From a virus (taxonomy: Duplodnaviria > Caudoviricetes), in IMG/VR virus record IMGVR_UViG_3300042402_002325, positions 1 to 54,917 of that record: 54,917 bases of DNA; one strand, written 5' to 3'. Shown here piece by piece: positions 18,687 through 27,983 of the stretch; the first letter of the stretch is position 1; every line of letters starts with the position of its first letter. Position numbers and translations under genes: made by a program. The notes under the pieces were generated by a model, which was not told the origin of the DNA, did no database searches, and saw nothing but the letters and a program-made list of their open reading frames with translations.

Positions 18687-19256
18687 ATGAATACTATAGA
18701 ACACCATGAGGGTATCTATGAAATAAAAAACTTTATAGATAAAGATACAATAGATTTTTTATTGTCCAAGATAAATGTCAAAGACAACGAAGGCTGGCAT
18801 ACAGAAAGTCTTGGAAATAATGTTTTTTTTAGCTATGACGAAGACTTTGTATCTTGTGTTAATAAAATCAATAACAGTATAGTGGAATGTTTTAAAAATA
18901 TTTATGACTCTACTGGAATACAAAATATTAGAAGGCTAAAATCTGGAGAGTTTATGAACGCTCACTTTGATTCTGGAATGCCACCAAAAAAGACTAATCC
19001 AAGAGAAGATGATTTTACAGAATATGGTGCAGGAAATTATATTGTTTTTGGAATAGTCTTATACTTAAATGATGAATTTAAAGGTGGAGAAACATTTTAT
19101 CGTGATATAGACTTAAAAATAAAACCAACTGTTGGTTCTTTAATAATTCACAAATCAAACATATTGCATGAAGTATTAGAGATAAAAGATGGTGAAAGAT
19201 ATTCTATATCTTCATTTATAAAAGGAAACGAAGACACATCTTTTATTTTTAAATAA
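18687..19256 (+). CDS. 2OG-Fe(II) oxygenase
   Basis: HFD...YLNDEFKGGE...HEV...GERY; leaderless start after TGGTATACT. Confidence 0.9.
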   Translation: MNTIEHHEGIYEIKNFIDKDTIDFLLSKINVKDNEGWHTESLGNNVFFSYDEDFVSCVNKINNSIVECFKNIYDSTGIQNIRRLKSGEFMNAHFDSGMPPKKTNPREDDFTEYGAGNYIVFGIVLYLNDEFKGGETFYRDIDLKIKPTVGSLIIHKSNILHEVLEIKDGERYSISSFIKGNEDTSFIFK

Positions 19257-19917
19257 AATTACCCTTCCATGTTTCTCCAGTTATGCTAAGATATTCAGAA
19301 GCATTCATACCTAGAGATTTATCAATCCAAAGGTCTTCATTAAATCCTCCTGCTACAAGTTCATATCCATAGGCAAACAATATCTCTCTTTGCATGTCTC
19401 TTACTTTGGAAATTCTTAAGTCGTGATTGTAACAGTGCTCTATGCTTATTGTGTTGAATCTATACCTTGATAGAGGTAAGTTAATTAAAGCCAATAGGTT
19501 AGCAAAATCTGGTGTTTTATCTATATCAATTTGCAAAAAATCTATTTGTTTAGGAAATGAGTTATCTTCAAAGTACTTATCCCAATTAAAGGATATTGCG
19601 TCAGCAAACACGCATTCGTTAGATCTATTTTTGTTATATTCTTTTGCTGCATCCTCAATTATGTCTATGCCAACACCTTTCCAATTAAAATATTTTTCTA
19701 ACATATATGTGTTGTTGTTTTGTTTCCAATGGCTTGATCCTATTTCTACATAGTATCCACCTTCTTTGTCATTGTTAAACCTTAAAGCAAATGCAGCATG
19801 CACTGTAGATTCTGGTATGTTTAAGTACAAATCTTCAACAGTAAAAATTCTTACATCTACATTCTTGTTTTGAATATAATCAAACATTGGTATAGTTTTA
19901 ATAGGTTCTAGGTTCAT
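19249..19917 (-). CDS. FkbM-like methyltransferase
   Basis: YVEIGS...NNTYMLE..NWKG, IDFLQIDID. Confidence 0.75.
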   Translation of the reverse strand: MNLEPIKTIPMFDYIQNKNVDVRIFTVEDLYLNIPESTVHAAFALRFNNDKEGGYYVEIGSSHWKQNNNTYMLEKYFNWKGVGIDIIEDAAKEYNKNRSNECVFADAISFNWDKYFEDNSFPKQIDFLQIDIDKTPDFANLLALINLPLSRYRFNTISIEHCYNHDLRISKVRDMQREILFAYGYELVAGGFNEDLWIDKSLGMNASEYLSITGETWKGNFI

Positions 19918-19940
19918 ACTAATCATTGTACCACTTACAG

Positions 19941-20012
19941 CGCCCCTAGAAGGATTTGAACCTCCGACCTAACGGGTAGAAACCGTCCGCTCTTCCGCTG
20001 AGCTATAAAGGC
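19941..20012 (-). tRNA. tRNA-Arg(TCT)
   Basis: GCCTTTA/TAGGGGC acceptor; GACGG-TTTCTAC-CCGTT; TTCAAAT. Confidence 0.9.
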
Positions 20013-20016
20013 TTTG

Positions 20017-20090
20017 TACATCTGGTAGGACTTGAACCTACGGCTCTCTGCATATAAGGCAGGTACTCTAACCAACTGAGTTACAGATGT
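20017..20090 (-). tRNA. tRNA-Ile(TAT)
   Basis: ACATCTG/CAGATGT acceptor; anticodon loop CTTATAT; TTCAAGT; discriminator A. Confidence 0.9.
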
Positions 20091-20096
20091 TTGTTG

Positions 20097-20123
20097 TGGG
20101 CAGTTTTAGTCATACCCAGGACT
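20097..20123 (-). ncRNA. mini-pseudoknot repeat, copy 1
   Basis: AGTC-CTGGGTAT-GACT-AAAAC-TGCCCA between the ahpD stop and tRNA-Ile. Confidence 0.65.
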
Positions 20124-20127
20124 TTTG

Positions 20128-20640
20128 CTAAGCTGAAAGTATCTTTGCTAATGCATTAACTGTTGCTGCAATTCTTCCGATATCACGCAACTGTTCAACT
20201 GTATAGCCTTCTTCTTTCAATGTTTCATAGTGTGCTTTAACACAGAAATGACACTTACCAACAATAGAAGAAGCAAGAGAGTATGCCTCAAACTTTGCCT
20301 TTGTTGTACCACCATGAGATGCAATTGCATTCATACGAAGTTGTGCTGGTAGTCCAGTAAGATTAGCATCATCTGCCATTTCTAAATATGGATACCAAAC
20401 ATTGTTTTGTGCCATGATTGCCCCTGCAGTTAATGCAGCATTTCTTTCTACCTCGTCAGTTGCACTTGCTGTAATGAAAGCAACAAGCTTACCATTGCCA
20501 GTTGAAAAAGCAGCTGCAAGAGCAAGATATGTAGCATGCTCAGAATCAATAGATGACCTATTAATCACTGCATCAAGATTTAACTTAATGTCTTTTGCAT
20601 ACTCTGGAAGGTTTTCCTTAAGCTGATCAACCCAAGACAT
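20128..20640 (-). CDS. ahpD: alkyl hydroperoxide reductase AhpD
   Basis: LPEYAKDIKLNL, MAQNNVWY, GKCHFCVKAH. Confidence 0.9.
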   Translation of the reverse strand: MSWVDQLKENLPEYAKDIKLNLDAVINRSSIDSEHATYLALAAAFSTGNGKLVAFITASATDEVERNAALTAGAIMAQNNVWYPYLEMADDANLTGLPAQLRMNAIASHGGTTKAKFEAYSLASSIVGKCHFCVKAHYETLKEEGYTVEQLRDIGRIAATVNALAKILSA

Positions 20641-21176
20641 TATAGAGTCTCTCCTCCAAGAGGTCTATTGCATGCACAAAGCTCTCCTGTTTGTAGTGCA
20701 TCAAGCACACGAAGAGCTTCATCTGCATTACGACCAACATCAAGATTATTTACTGTAATGTGTTGAATAGTGTTTTCTGGATCAACAATAAATGTTGCAC
20801 GATATGTAACACCAGATGAATGATGGATACCAAGATCTCCAGCTAACTGATGTGCTGTGTCTGCAAATGCCCATGAGTTTGTCTTTTTTAGATCATCATG
20901 TGCGTTACGCCATGCAACCTTACAGAACTCATTGTCAACTGAACCAGTCATAAGAACTGCATCACGATCATTAAAATCATTTACAAGTGCATCATATGCA
21001 ACAATTTCTGTTGGGCATACGAACGTAAAGTCCTTTGGATAAAACACAATGATCTTCCATTTGCCTGGAAAAGAATCTTGCGTTAGTACTTCAAATGAGG
21101 AATCGTCATACGTCAATGCCCCAGGCTTAACTCCAGTAACGGCAAAGTTACCAAGCTTTTCTCCTATAGTTTTCAT
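20640..21176 (-). CDS. ahpC: peroxiredoxin AhpC (actinobacterial type)
   Basis: FYPKDFTFVCPTE; LDALQTGELCACN. Confidence 0.95.
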   Translation of the reverse strand: MKTIGEKLGNFAVTGVKPGALTYDDSSFEVLTQDSFPGKWKIIVFYPKDFTFVCPTEIVAYDALVNDFNDRDAVLMTGSVDNEFCKVAWRNAHDDLKKTNSWAFADTAHQLAGDLGIHHSSGVTYRATFIVDPENTIQHITVNNLDVGRNADEALRVLDALQTGELCACNRPLGGETL

Positions 21177-21215
21177 TTATTCTCCTTATATAAGTAGATC
21201 ATTTTATAGATCTCG

Positions 21216-21289
21216 TGCACCAGGTAGGACTTGAACCTACGACGACCAAATTATGAGTTTGGGGCTCTAACCAACTGAGCTACTGGAGC
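21216..21289 (-). tRNA. tRNA with CAT anticodon (Ile2 or elongator Met)
   Basis: GCTCCAG/CTGGTGC acceptor with one mismatch; CCAAA-CTCATAA-TTTGG; lacks the initiator GGG/CCC. Confidence 0.85.
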
Positions 21290-21492
21290 TAATACCACTA
21301 TTCTTTTTCTTGCTTAATTCCAACAGTCATTACTAGGTACGATATAAAGTATCCCAATAAAAAAGACGGTACTGTTAAAAGTATTGCTAGCATACATAAT
21401 GACATTAGTTAATCCTATCTAAATCTTCAAGACTATTAATACCATAAAGATTAATCATTTCTTCAACAGTAAACTCTAAGTCAAACTCTTCT

Positions 21493-21702
21493 TCAGTATC
21501 CACCTGTGCACTCATTTCTTGTATGATATAAACGAATCTTTGTCATTATTTTGCGGGACGGAGCAAAAAGGTCATCTTTACAAGTTAAACACTTATAAGA
21601 CCATTCACCAGTAAAGAAGTCATGAACATAACCCTTAGCGTTAGCATACTTCTTGGCTACGAAGGTTTGAAAAGGATCTGGTATATCGTAATGTTTAAGC
21701 AT
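21493..21702 (-). CDS. small Zn-finger-like hypothetical protein
   Basis: CLTC...H..NEC; start after GGAGG. Confidence 0.65.
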   Translation of the reverse strand: MLKHYDIPDPFQTFVAKKYANAKGYVHDFFTGEWSYKCLTCKDDLFAPSRKIMTKIRLYHTRNECTGGY

Positions 21703-21925
21703 CTCGCCTCCAATGCAGATATGATCTAATATAAACAGCACCATAGGCAACTGCTGCAAAGATAAATCCGTATTGGTCTGTGACTAAGGCATAGGCTATC
21801 CACAGGCACTCATTGAACAATAGTACGAACCATCCCCACAGAGTTTTTCTTCCAACAAAGTAAATACCAGATACACCAATACAAGCAAGTACCCAGTGTG
21901 CATATTCAGCAATCCATTCAATCAT
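21695..21925 (-). CDS. PnuC-like small membrane protein
   Basis: Three TM helices; GW...NECLWIAYA...QYG pattern. Confidence 0.6.
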   Translation of the reverse strand: MIEWIAEYAHWVLACIGVSGIYFVGRKTLWGWFVLLFNECLWIAYALVTDQYGFIFAAVAYGAVYIRSYLHWRRDA

Positions 21926-21939
21926 ATATTCAGTATACC

Positions 21940-22089
21940 CTAAGACCGTGTATCAGTCAAGTGCTCTCCCCTTGCAACCTTAGCTGCAAGAATACGCATA
22001 CCAAGGGCATTTGTAACAGAGTCTTCAATTGGAATAGACTCAATAGCTCTTGCAATTTCTTCTCTTAACATCATATAATCTAGGCTCAT
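21940..22089 (-). CDS. 49-aa hypothetical protein (MSLDYMMLREEIARAIE...)
   Basis: Manually read ORF with -10 TATACT upstream. Confidence 0.55.
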   Translation of the reverse strand: MSLDYMMLREEIARAIESIPIEDSVTNALGMRILAAKVARGEHLTDTRS

Positions 22090-22124
22090 ATACCAAGTAT
22101 ACACTCTATATAATATGATGTCAA

Positions 22125-22153
22125 GTATAACATTAGGTGAACACTTGGTTAAA
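22125..22153. promoter_or_regulatory. putative PhoP/RegX3 PHO box upstream of pstS
   Basis: Three units at 11-nt period, on - strand TTTAACC, GTTCACC, GTTATAC. Confidence 0.5.
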
Positions 22154-22202
22154 TGAGCCTATTATCTGTCAAAATATAGTTTATTTACTATATACTCTTA
22201 TT

Positions 22203-23327
22203 ATGAGACTTAAGCTTATCGCAATAGCAGTCGTTGCTGCTTTATCTATTTCTACCCCAGCCTTTGCAACAGAAAATATTGTTGGCAATGGAGCATCATT
22301 TCCATCAAACCTGATTGACGAATGCAGATCATCTTATGCCAAGTCCACAGGCAATCTTGTTACATACTCAGCAAACGGATCTGGTGCTGGAAAGACTTCA
22401 TCTGATAAAGGCATTGGAGATTTCTGGTTTTCAGACTCAGCACACACTGCATCAACAAAGAAGCCATCTGTAATACACATCCCAGTTGTTGCAGCACCTA
22501 TTGCGGTTATGCATAACCTTCCAGGAAACAGACAGTTATATTTGTCATCAACTACAGTCGCTAAAATTTTTGCGGGGGATATAACAATGTGGAATGACCC
22601 TGCTATTAGGGCTGATAACAACAGAAAGATTCAAGAAGTTATCTATAGAAAAGATAGGTCTGGCAATTTAGTTAAAGATAAGTCTGGTAATCCAGTAGTT
22701 CTAAGAACAACAAGCAAGAGTATTGTTTATACTTTACCAAACCAAAAGATCAAGGTTGTTTACAGGCTAGACAGTTCTGGAACAACTAATAACTTTGTTA
22801 GATTTATGAAGGCAAACTCACCAGAAATTTGGACAAAGGCAGTATCTGATTCATTCTCTACATCATTTCCAAAGAGCATTAATGACATTGGAAACATGGG
22901 AAGAATTGTTGGAGCAAACCAATCACAGGGAGTTGCAACACTTGCATCAAAGACTAAGTATTCTATTACATATGCAGAGGTATCATTTGCTAAGTTCTTT
23001 AAACTAAAGGTGGCGAACATAGGAAATGCATCAGGAAACTTTGTTGCACCAGATAGTGCAAATGTATCAGCGTTCTTGGGTGAGGCATCAATTGACTCAA
23101 ACAACATACTTACCTACGACTATGCCACCAAAGAGCCTGGAGCCTATCCTCTAGGGATTGTATCCTACCTTCTAGCAGATACAGCAGGCAAGAACAAAGC
23201 ATCTGTAAAGGAATGGGCAAAGTATTTGGTTAGTGCAGAGTGTGTTAATGCTAAGCCAGAACTAGGGTTTACTTTGCTAACAGGAAAGTTCTTAGAGTTT
23301 GTAAACAAACAGATCAATCGTCTGTAG
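22203..23327 (+). CDS. pstS: phosphate-binding protein PstS
   Basis: Signal peptide; GNGASFP, GSGAG, KIFAG.IT.WNDPAI, R.DSSGTT.NF, AYP. Confidence 0.9.
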   Translation: MRLKLIAIAVVAALSISTPAFATENIVGNGASFPSNLIDECRSSYAKSTGNLVTYSANGSGAGKTSSDKGIGDFWFSDSAHTASTKKPSVIHIPVVAAPIAVMHNLPGNRQLYLSSTTVAKIFAGDITMWNDPAIRADNNRKIQEVIYRKDRSGNLVKDKSGNPVVLRTTSKSIVYTLPNQKIKVVYRLDSSGTTNNFVRFMKANSPEIWTKAVSDSFSTSFPKSINDIGNMGRIVGANQSQGVATLASKTKYSITYAEVSFAKFFKLKVANIGNASGNFVAPDSANVSAFLGEASIDSNNILTYDYATKEPGAYPLGIVSYLLADTAGKNKASVKEWAKYLVSAECVNAKPELGFTLLTGKFLEFVNKQINRL

Positions 23328-23595
23328 TGTTATGCCACTTGCTTGTATCAACAGTATAGTATGTACCCCAACGCTCATATGGTTTATTAAATATAACCCA
23401 TATCTTGCTATGGAATTTAAAACGGTACCCATATCTACCCTGCTCATCTAAATCAAAAGCCTTAAGTAAACTCCTAGTAGCAATAGAACTACAGGCGTTA
23501 CTGAACCATCTAAGAGGAAGTATCTTTGTCTTTTCTGTCTTGGTTATCTTGTTGAGGAACCCATCTGAGTTTGCCATCTTTATACTCTCTTTCAT
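23314..23595 (-). CDS. hypothetical protein (start uncertain)
   Basis: ORF in the - strand gene run. Confidence 0.6.
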   Translation of the reverse strand: MKESIKMANSDGFLNKITKTEKTKILPLRWFSNACSSIATRSLLKAFDLDEQGRYGYRFKFHSKIWVIFNKPYERWGTYYTVDTSKWHNTTDD

Positions 23596-23678
23596 ATCCC
23601 AAAGCTTTCCAGTCCATCTGCATAATACGTGGTTCTTTCATATAGTAAGTATACTATATTGCCATCAAAAAGTAAAGT

Positions 23679-24380
23679 CTATTTATTACATATAATTTTA
23701 ATAAATTTGCCACCGTTATTTTTATAGTATTTGCGGGCATTTATAGATATGGAGGTTAGCAAATCTCTTGCTTCTTTGTCATCTATATTTTTAAAGTTTT
23801 CAATGTCTTCTTCACAAGACATAATAACCTTCTTGGTTATGTCTAACGAAACAACATTTTTAAATTTATCAGTATTGTTCAAAAAATATCTAATTACATG
23901 GTTGTTGTCAAGATAAGAGAATGTACCTCCTGGAGATAAAACCCTATATACCTCATTAAAAAATAAATTTGGATTCTCATAACAATGTGAAGATTCTACG
24001 CTTGTTACAATATCAAATTGATTTTCTAAATAATCTAATTTTTCTGCATCAGAAACTTTATATTCTACATCAATGCTATTGTTATTAATGCAATATTCTA
24101 TGTGATTTACATTAAGATCACAGGCATATATTTTTTTTAAATCAAGATGTTTTCTGTATACTTCAACACCCCCACCTCTTCCACAACCTATGTCTAGCAA
24201 AGTCTTGTCCTTTGTTTCTATTGTTTCAAGTGCATTTATATATAGGCTGGCTTGGTTTTTTAAAAAATCATTATTTAAAAATGGATAAGATGGCGAGTAT
24301 CCATGATTCATAAAGGTTATTTTAGACCTTACAAATAAATCATTTAGTTTATTATAGGTTTCTTGTTGATTAGATAGCAT
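23679..24380 (-). CDS. class I SAM-dependent methyltransferase
   Basis: FMNHGY, LDIGCGRGGG, VESSHCY, RVLSPGG. Confidence 0.9.
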   Translation of the reverse strand: MLSNQQETYNKLNDLFVRSKITFMNHGYSPSYPFLNNDFLKNQASLYINALETIETKDKTLLDIGCGRGGGVEVYRKHLDLKKIYACDLNVNHIEYCINNNSIDVEYKVSDAEKLDYLENQFDIVTSVESSHCYENPNLFFNEVYRVLSPGGTFSYLDNNHVIRYFLNNTDKFKNVVSLDITKKVIMSCEEDIENFKNIDDKEARDLLTSISINARKYYKNNGGKFIKIICNK

Positions 24381-24406
24381 AAATAAAGTATATCAGATAT
24401 ACAAGG

Positions 24407-24640
24407 CTATTGCTTGCCCTTGATTTTTACCCAAGTGCCAATATTTCCACTGCTAACCTTTGATCGTAATATTTCTGCAAAGCTTGTTCCTATTTCAGAA
24501 CCTATATATTCTTCCCCTGTTTCAAGATCAGTTAGTTTCCATTTTTCTGGAGCCTTAGTATGTATAACTAATTCAACTGGCTTATCAAATGATTCTACTT
24601 CTGATCCATCCTTAAGTATTCTTTTGTTTATTTTTCCCAT
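24407..24640 (-). CDS. hypothetical protein
   Basis: HTKAPEKWKLTDLETGEEYIG. Confidence 0.7.
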   Translation of the reverse strand: MGKINKRILKDGSEVESFDKPVELVIHTKAPEKWKLTDLETGEEYIGSEIGTSFAEILRSKVSSGNIGTWVKIKGKQ

Positions 24641-25290
24641 TGCTGCTCTCTTATTCTATCTATACTCCACTGACCCACTACTTGAAAGTTTTGAGATTTT
24701 TTTGATTCATAGTATTCTTTATTTTTTTCACGTCTCTTGTATGCTTGTTCCTTAAGTTCAAGGTTATTTGCAATAGTTTGAGATATGCCATCTGGGGAGT
24801 AAACAGGAAAATTTTTATTATAAAAAGATAAATCTGTGTGTATTTCTTTTGCTATTAAATATCTTTGATAGTAGTCGTCGTCTTCGCATTGGTATGGATA
24901 GTAGTTTTCATCAAATAAACCAATCTTTCTAATAAAATCTTCACCAATTGAAAAACAGCTCCATCCTTCTTCTGAGCAATTAATTGCTGATTCACTACTG
25001 TGACTATATGCTAACTCTAGTGCACCCTTTGCAAATACTATGTCTGCAGAAGAAAAGAACCAAAACTTTTCATTAGGGTAAAGCTTTATAGTTAAGTTCC
25101 AAGATGCAGCCAAACCAAGGTTAAAGGGCAGGTTAAGAACTCTTATATTTAAGTCATGTCTTTTAGGTCTGTACTTTTGTTCACCATTATTTATTATTAA
25201 TATTTCTTTTATTGGAAAGTCTATGGACTCTAATGCTTTATCTAATAGTTCGTATTTATTTAAAACTGGTATTGCTAAAACTGGTATCAT
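24628..25290 (-). CDS. GT2-like glycosyltransferase
   Basis: AIPVLN, NLGLAASWN, GLFDENYYP..EDDDY. Confidence 0.8.
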   Translation of the reverse strand: MIPVLAIPVLNKYELLDKALESIDFPIKEILIINNGEQKYRPKRHDLNIRVLNLPFNLGLAASWNLTIKLYPNEKFWFFSSADIVFAKGALELAYSHSSESAINCSEEGWSCFSIGEDFIRKIGLFDENYYPYQCEDDDYYQRYLIAKEIHTDLSFYNKNFPVYSPDGISQTIANNLELKEQAYKRREKNKEYYESKKSQNFQVVGQWSIDRIREQQWEK

Positions 25291-25415
25291 TACGACACAA
25301 GACCCATAGATAGGTGATCTAAACAGACATCTGCCACTACATAGTCAGAGTGATCTACGACTACATCGTAATGCGTTGCGTCCTTTTCACAAAAAAAGCA
25401 TCTGGTTTTCTTCAT
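25290..25415 (-). CDS. 41-aa Zn-ribbon-like protein (MKKTRCFFCEK...VCLDH)
   Basis: Manually read; TAATG coupling to the next gene. Confidence 0.6.
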   Translation of the reverse strand: MKKTRCFFCEKDATHYDVVVDHSDYVVADVCLDHLSMGLVS

Positions 25416-25467
25416 ATATATATCATACCACAGACGAATATGATATAATGAATAATAAGGGGGCGGT

Positions 25468-26076
25468 ATGTTTTTTATTTATGATGATGACTTTTTAACA
25501 GAGGAAGAAATTCAGGCTGTGGAGACTAGGTTTTGGCACAGCAATATACCTTTTAGATTTGTAAAAAATGCTTCCCCAGTAGTCAAAGATAATACAGGTG
25601 TTGTTGACATAAAGATTCAAGATGTATCTTTTTTTACTGTTGAGGTTAGTCAAGATCAGCCAGAATCAAAGATATTTTTTGATATAATTAAAAAATTTAC
25701 AGAAAAACATGGTATTGAGTTTGAAGGATTTAGAAGGGTTAAGCTCAATATTATGACACCAACAGTTGAAAGATCACAAAAGACTTTGTATCCACATATA
25801 GATTATAACGAACCACACTATATTTTCTTATACTACCCTAGCGATTCTGATGGAGACACCATAATCTATAATGAAACCTACTCAGGTAATTTTGTTAAAG
25901 AGGCTACAATTAGCAAAAGAATTACACCAAAACGTGGAGCAGCATTTATTGTAGATGGTAGACACTTTCACTCAATTACAACCCCTTCGGAGCATGCTTT
26001 TCGTGGAGTAATAAATTCCAATTTAACAATAAATAGTTGGGATGCTTTAAAGTTCGGCGGCGACATAGAGGTATAA
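25468..26076 (+). CDS. 2OG-Fe(II) oxygenase-like protein (phage type)
   Basis: PHID...LYY.SDSDGDT...PKRG...DGRHFH...R. Confidence 0.75.
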   Translation: MFFIYDDDFLTEEEIQAVETRFWHSNIPFRFVKNASPVVKDNTGVVDIKIQDVSFFTVEVSQDQPESKIFFDIIKKFTEKHGIEFEGFRRVKLNIMTPTVERSQKTLYPHIDYNEPHYIFLYYPSDSDGDTIIYNETYSGNFVKEATISKRITPKRGAAFIVDGRHFHSITTPSEHAFRGVINSNLTINSWDALKFGGDIEV

Positions 26077-26101
26077 AACCATCTCATGCTCCAAAGGAGC
26101 A

Positions 26102-26668
26102 CTATTGGTTATCATCCTGCATTGGCGATGTACCCAATATGGTGGCATTCTTAATAACATTACATCTTCCGTGAGAAGGTCTGACATTTTCAATAGTATC
26201 TGCACCACCCCTAGATATAGGATGAACATGGTCTATATGTAAACCCTTTTCCCAGCCAGGATCACCACATTTTCTGGGGGAATTCAAATCAATATCTTCA
26301 TTACATATATGACATATAGCCCCATAAAGATCTAAAACATCTTGGTCTGTGTAGTATCCATAGTCAACACCTACTTTTCTAGCCCTAGTTCTTCTGCTTT
26401 GATAAGTGTATTGGTGTTTCTTTCTACTAATCTTTCTTAAACTATTTATAGTGTCTTTTCTAATGATGCGTTCATTTCTCCAATAAGCTCTTTCAGCATC
26501 AGTACATGGCTGGCATGGCTCTTGCTTCATGTCTCGTCTGTGCCAGTCATAGCCAGAGCGTGTACCATGTGCTGGTTCTTGCTTATGCCTTAGAGACACA
26601 CCAAATCCTTCCATCTGACATGGTTTGATGAGTTTCCCAGAACAGTGGATCTTTGTATGACAAACCAC
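26102..26668 (-). CDS. HNH endonuclease with N-terminal HGT-x-GY...PC-x-x-C module (start uncertain)
   Basis: CHIC...IDHVHPISRGG...NVRPSH..CN..K. Confidence 0.85.
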   Translation of the reverse strand: MVCHTKIHCSGKLIKPCQMEGFGVSLRHKQEPAHGTRSGYDWHRRDMKQEPCQPCTDAERAYWRNERIIRKDTINSLRKISRKKHQYTYQSRRTRARKVGVDYGYYTDQDVLDLYGAICHICNEDIDLNSPRKCGDPGWEKGLHIDHVHPISRGGADTIENVRPSHGRCNVIKNATILGTSPMQDDNQ

Positions 26669-26693
26669 ATTTTTGGCATTCGTTTTTCTTCAT
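26583..26693 (-). CDS. 36-aa Cys-containing protein (MKKNECQKCG...)
   Basis: Manually read short ORF. Confidence 0.45.
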   Translation of the reverse strand: MKKNECQKCGLSYKDPLFWETHQTMSDGRIWCVSKA

Positions 26694-26739
26694 ATACTTA
26701 TTGTCTCAGAAAAAGCTAGATAAGTCAAGCAAAACCAGA

Positions 26740-27531
26740 TCATCCATATTTTTTATTATATTGTTTAACAAAGTCAATTATCTTATATTTTTCATGATCA
26801 TGGTCAGCCTTGAATTTACCATGTGTAAAAAGAACGATGTCATTTATTCCAGATTCTTTAAGATTGTTTATGGTTAAGTTTAGCTCATCTGTTGTTGTAA
26901 ACATGATGTCCTGGGGTATCCTGTCTAAACCTTTTAAGTAAGATAAGAATTCTTCATCATCTTCAATAACTGGGCATATTGATACAATTCTTGGCTTGCT
27001 CATTTGCCTAAAACCATCAAACTTTTTGTATGGCTCAAAGCCAACTATATTATAGTCTGCATGCTGCTCAACCAAGGAGAATACTTCCTCTGTCATTCCA
27101 GTTATACATAGCTTGGTTTTGACTCCTCTTTTATCACAAAAGTCATTGAATATAGGTAGGTACTTAGCCATATACTCTTTCCTGTCTTTAAAAGACCTTT
27201 CAAACTCTTCTGGGAACATTGACCCACCAAGGGCTAGCTCCTTTTCTATAATAAAACCTGCAACAAAGTTGATCCAAACTCTGTCTGGCTGGATATCATT
27301 GAGAGACTTAATTATCATGGCCAGGTACTGTGGAGATACAGTATGAGGCCTTACTCCAACAATATACTTTAGCTTTTGGTTAATATCCAGAGCCCTTGCT
27401 ATCTTTATAAAATGACTATTTGAACCAACACCATAGGGTATTAGCATTGCATAAAACCCAGCATCCTCTAACTCTTTTGAGATAACATCTGTAGGGGCAG
27501 TTTCTACTTGATCAAAGAAATAAAAGTTCAT
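26740..27531 (-). CDS. luciferase-like (LLM/SsuD-like) protein, third paralog
   Basis: EDAGF...KYIVGVRPHTVSPQYL...RVWINFVAG; leaderless start. Confidence 0.65.
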   Translation of the reverse strand: MNFYFFDQVETAPTDVISKELEDAGFYAMLIPYGVGSNSHFIKIARALDINQKLKYIVGVRPHTVSPQYLAMIIKSLNDIQPDRVWINFVAGFIIEKELALGGSMFPEEFERSFKDRKEYMAKYLPIFNDFCDKRGVKTKLCITGMTEEVFSLVEQHADYNIVGFEPYKKFDGFRQMSKPRIVSICPVIEDDEEFLSYLKGLDRIPQDIMFTTTDELNLTINNLKESGINDIVLFTHGKFKADHDHEKYKIIDFVKQYNKKYG

Positions 27532-27643
27532 GCTTTCATTATACATCACTTAAAATTTCGGGGAACTTAAAAGAGGCATCGTAATCCCTATAGTAAATAA
27601 CCCCTATATACCTTATAGCCAGATAGGATGATATACTAAGCCT

Positions 27644-27964
27644 GTGGAGAATATAAACAATATACCTGGAATATGCGAGAAAGAGTGCAGTTGTTGTCCA
27701 AATAGACCACCAGTAAAGCCAACTCCTGCTACATGTACAGGCAGTGGATCAATAGGGCATGAGGAGTGGGAGTATGAAGCAGTAGGCTTTTCTCCATGTG
27801 CAAAGTATGTAGCCCATGCACGAAGTAACCCCTGTGATTTTATTAATAATATGCCTGTTGTAGAGGTTTCTAAAGATCCTCATAAATGTGAATGTGCTAC
27901 AAGCTTTTGTCCATGTGGTGAGTTTTTATCACATTTAATCTCTGAGCCATGCACTGCTAAATAG
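27644..27964 (+). CDS. Cys-rich hypothetical protein
   Basis: TGATATACT 6 nt before GTG; many Cys. Confidence 0.5.
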   Translation: MENINNIPGICEKECSCCPNRPPVKPTPATCTGSGSIGHEEWEYEAVGFSPCAKYVAHARSNPCDFINNMPVVEVSKDPHKCECATSFCPCGEFLSHLISEPCTAK

Positions 27965-27983
27965 CCAAAAGAGTGTACCGTTT

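Noticed and set aside
26102-26668. HNH gene as part of an intron or intein
   Set aside because: No split host gene or splice motifs evident in the flanks.
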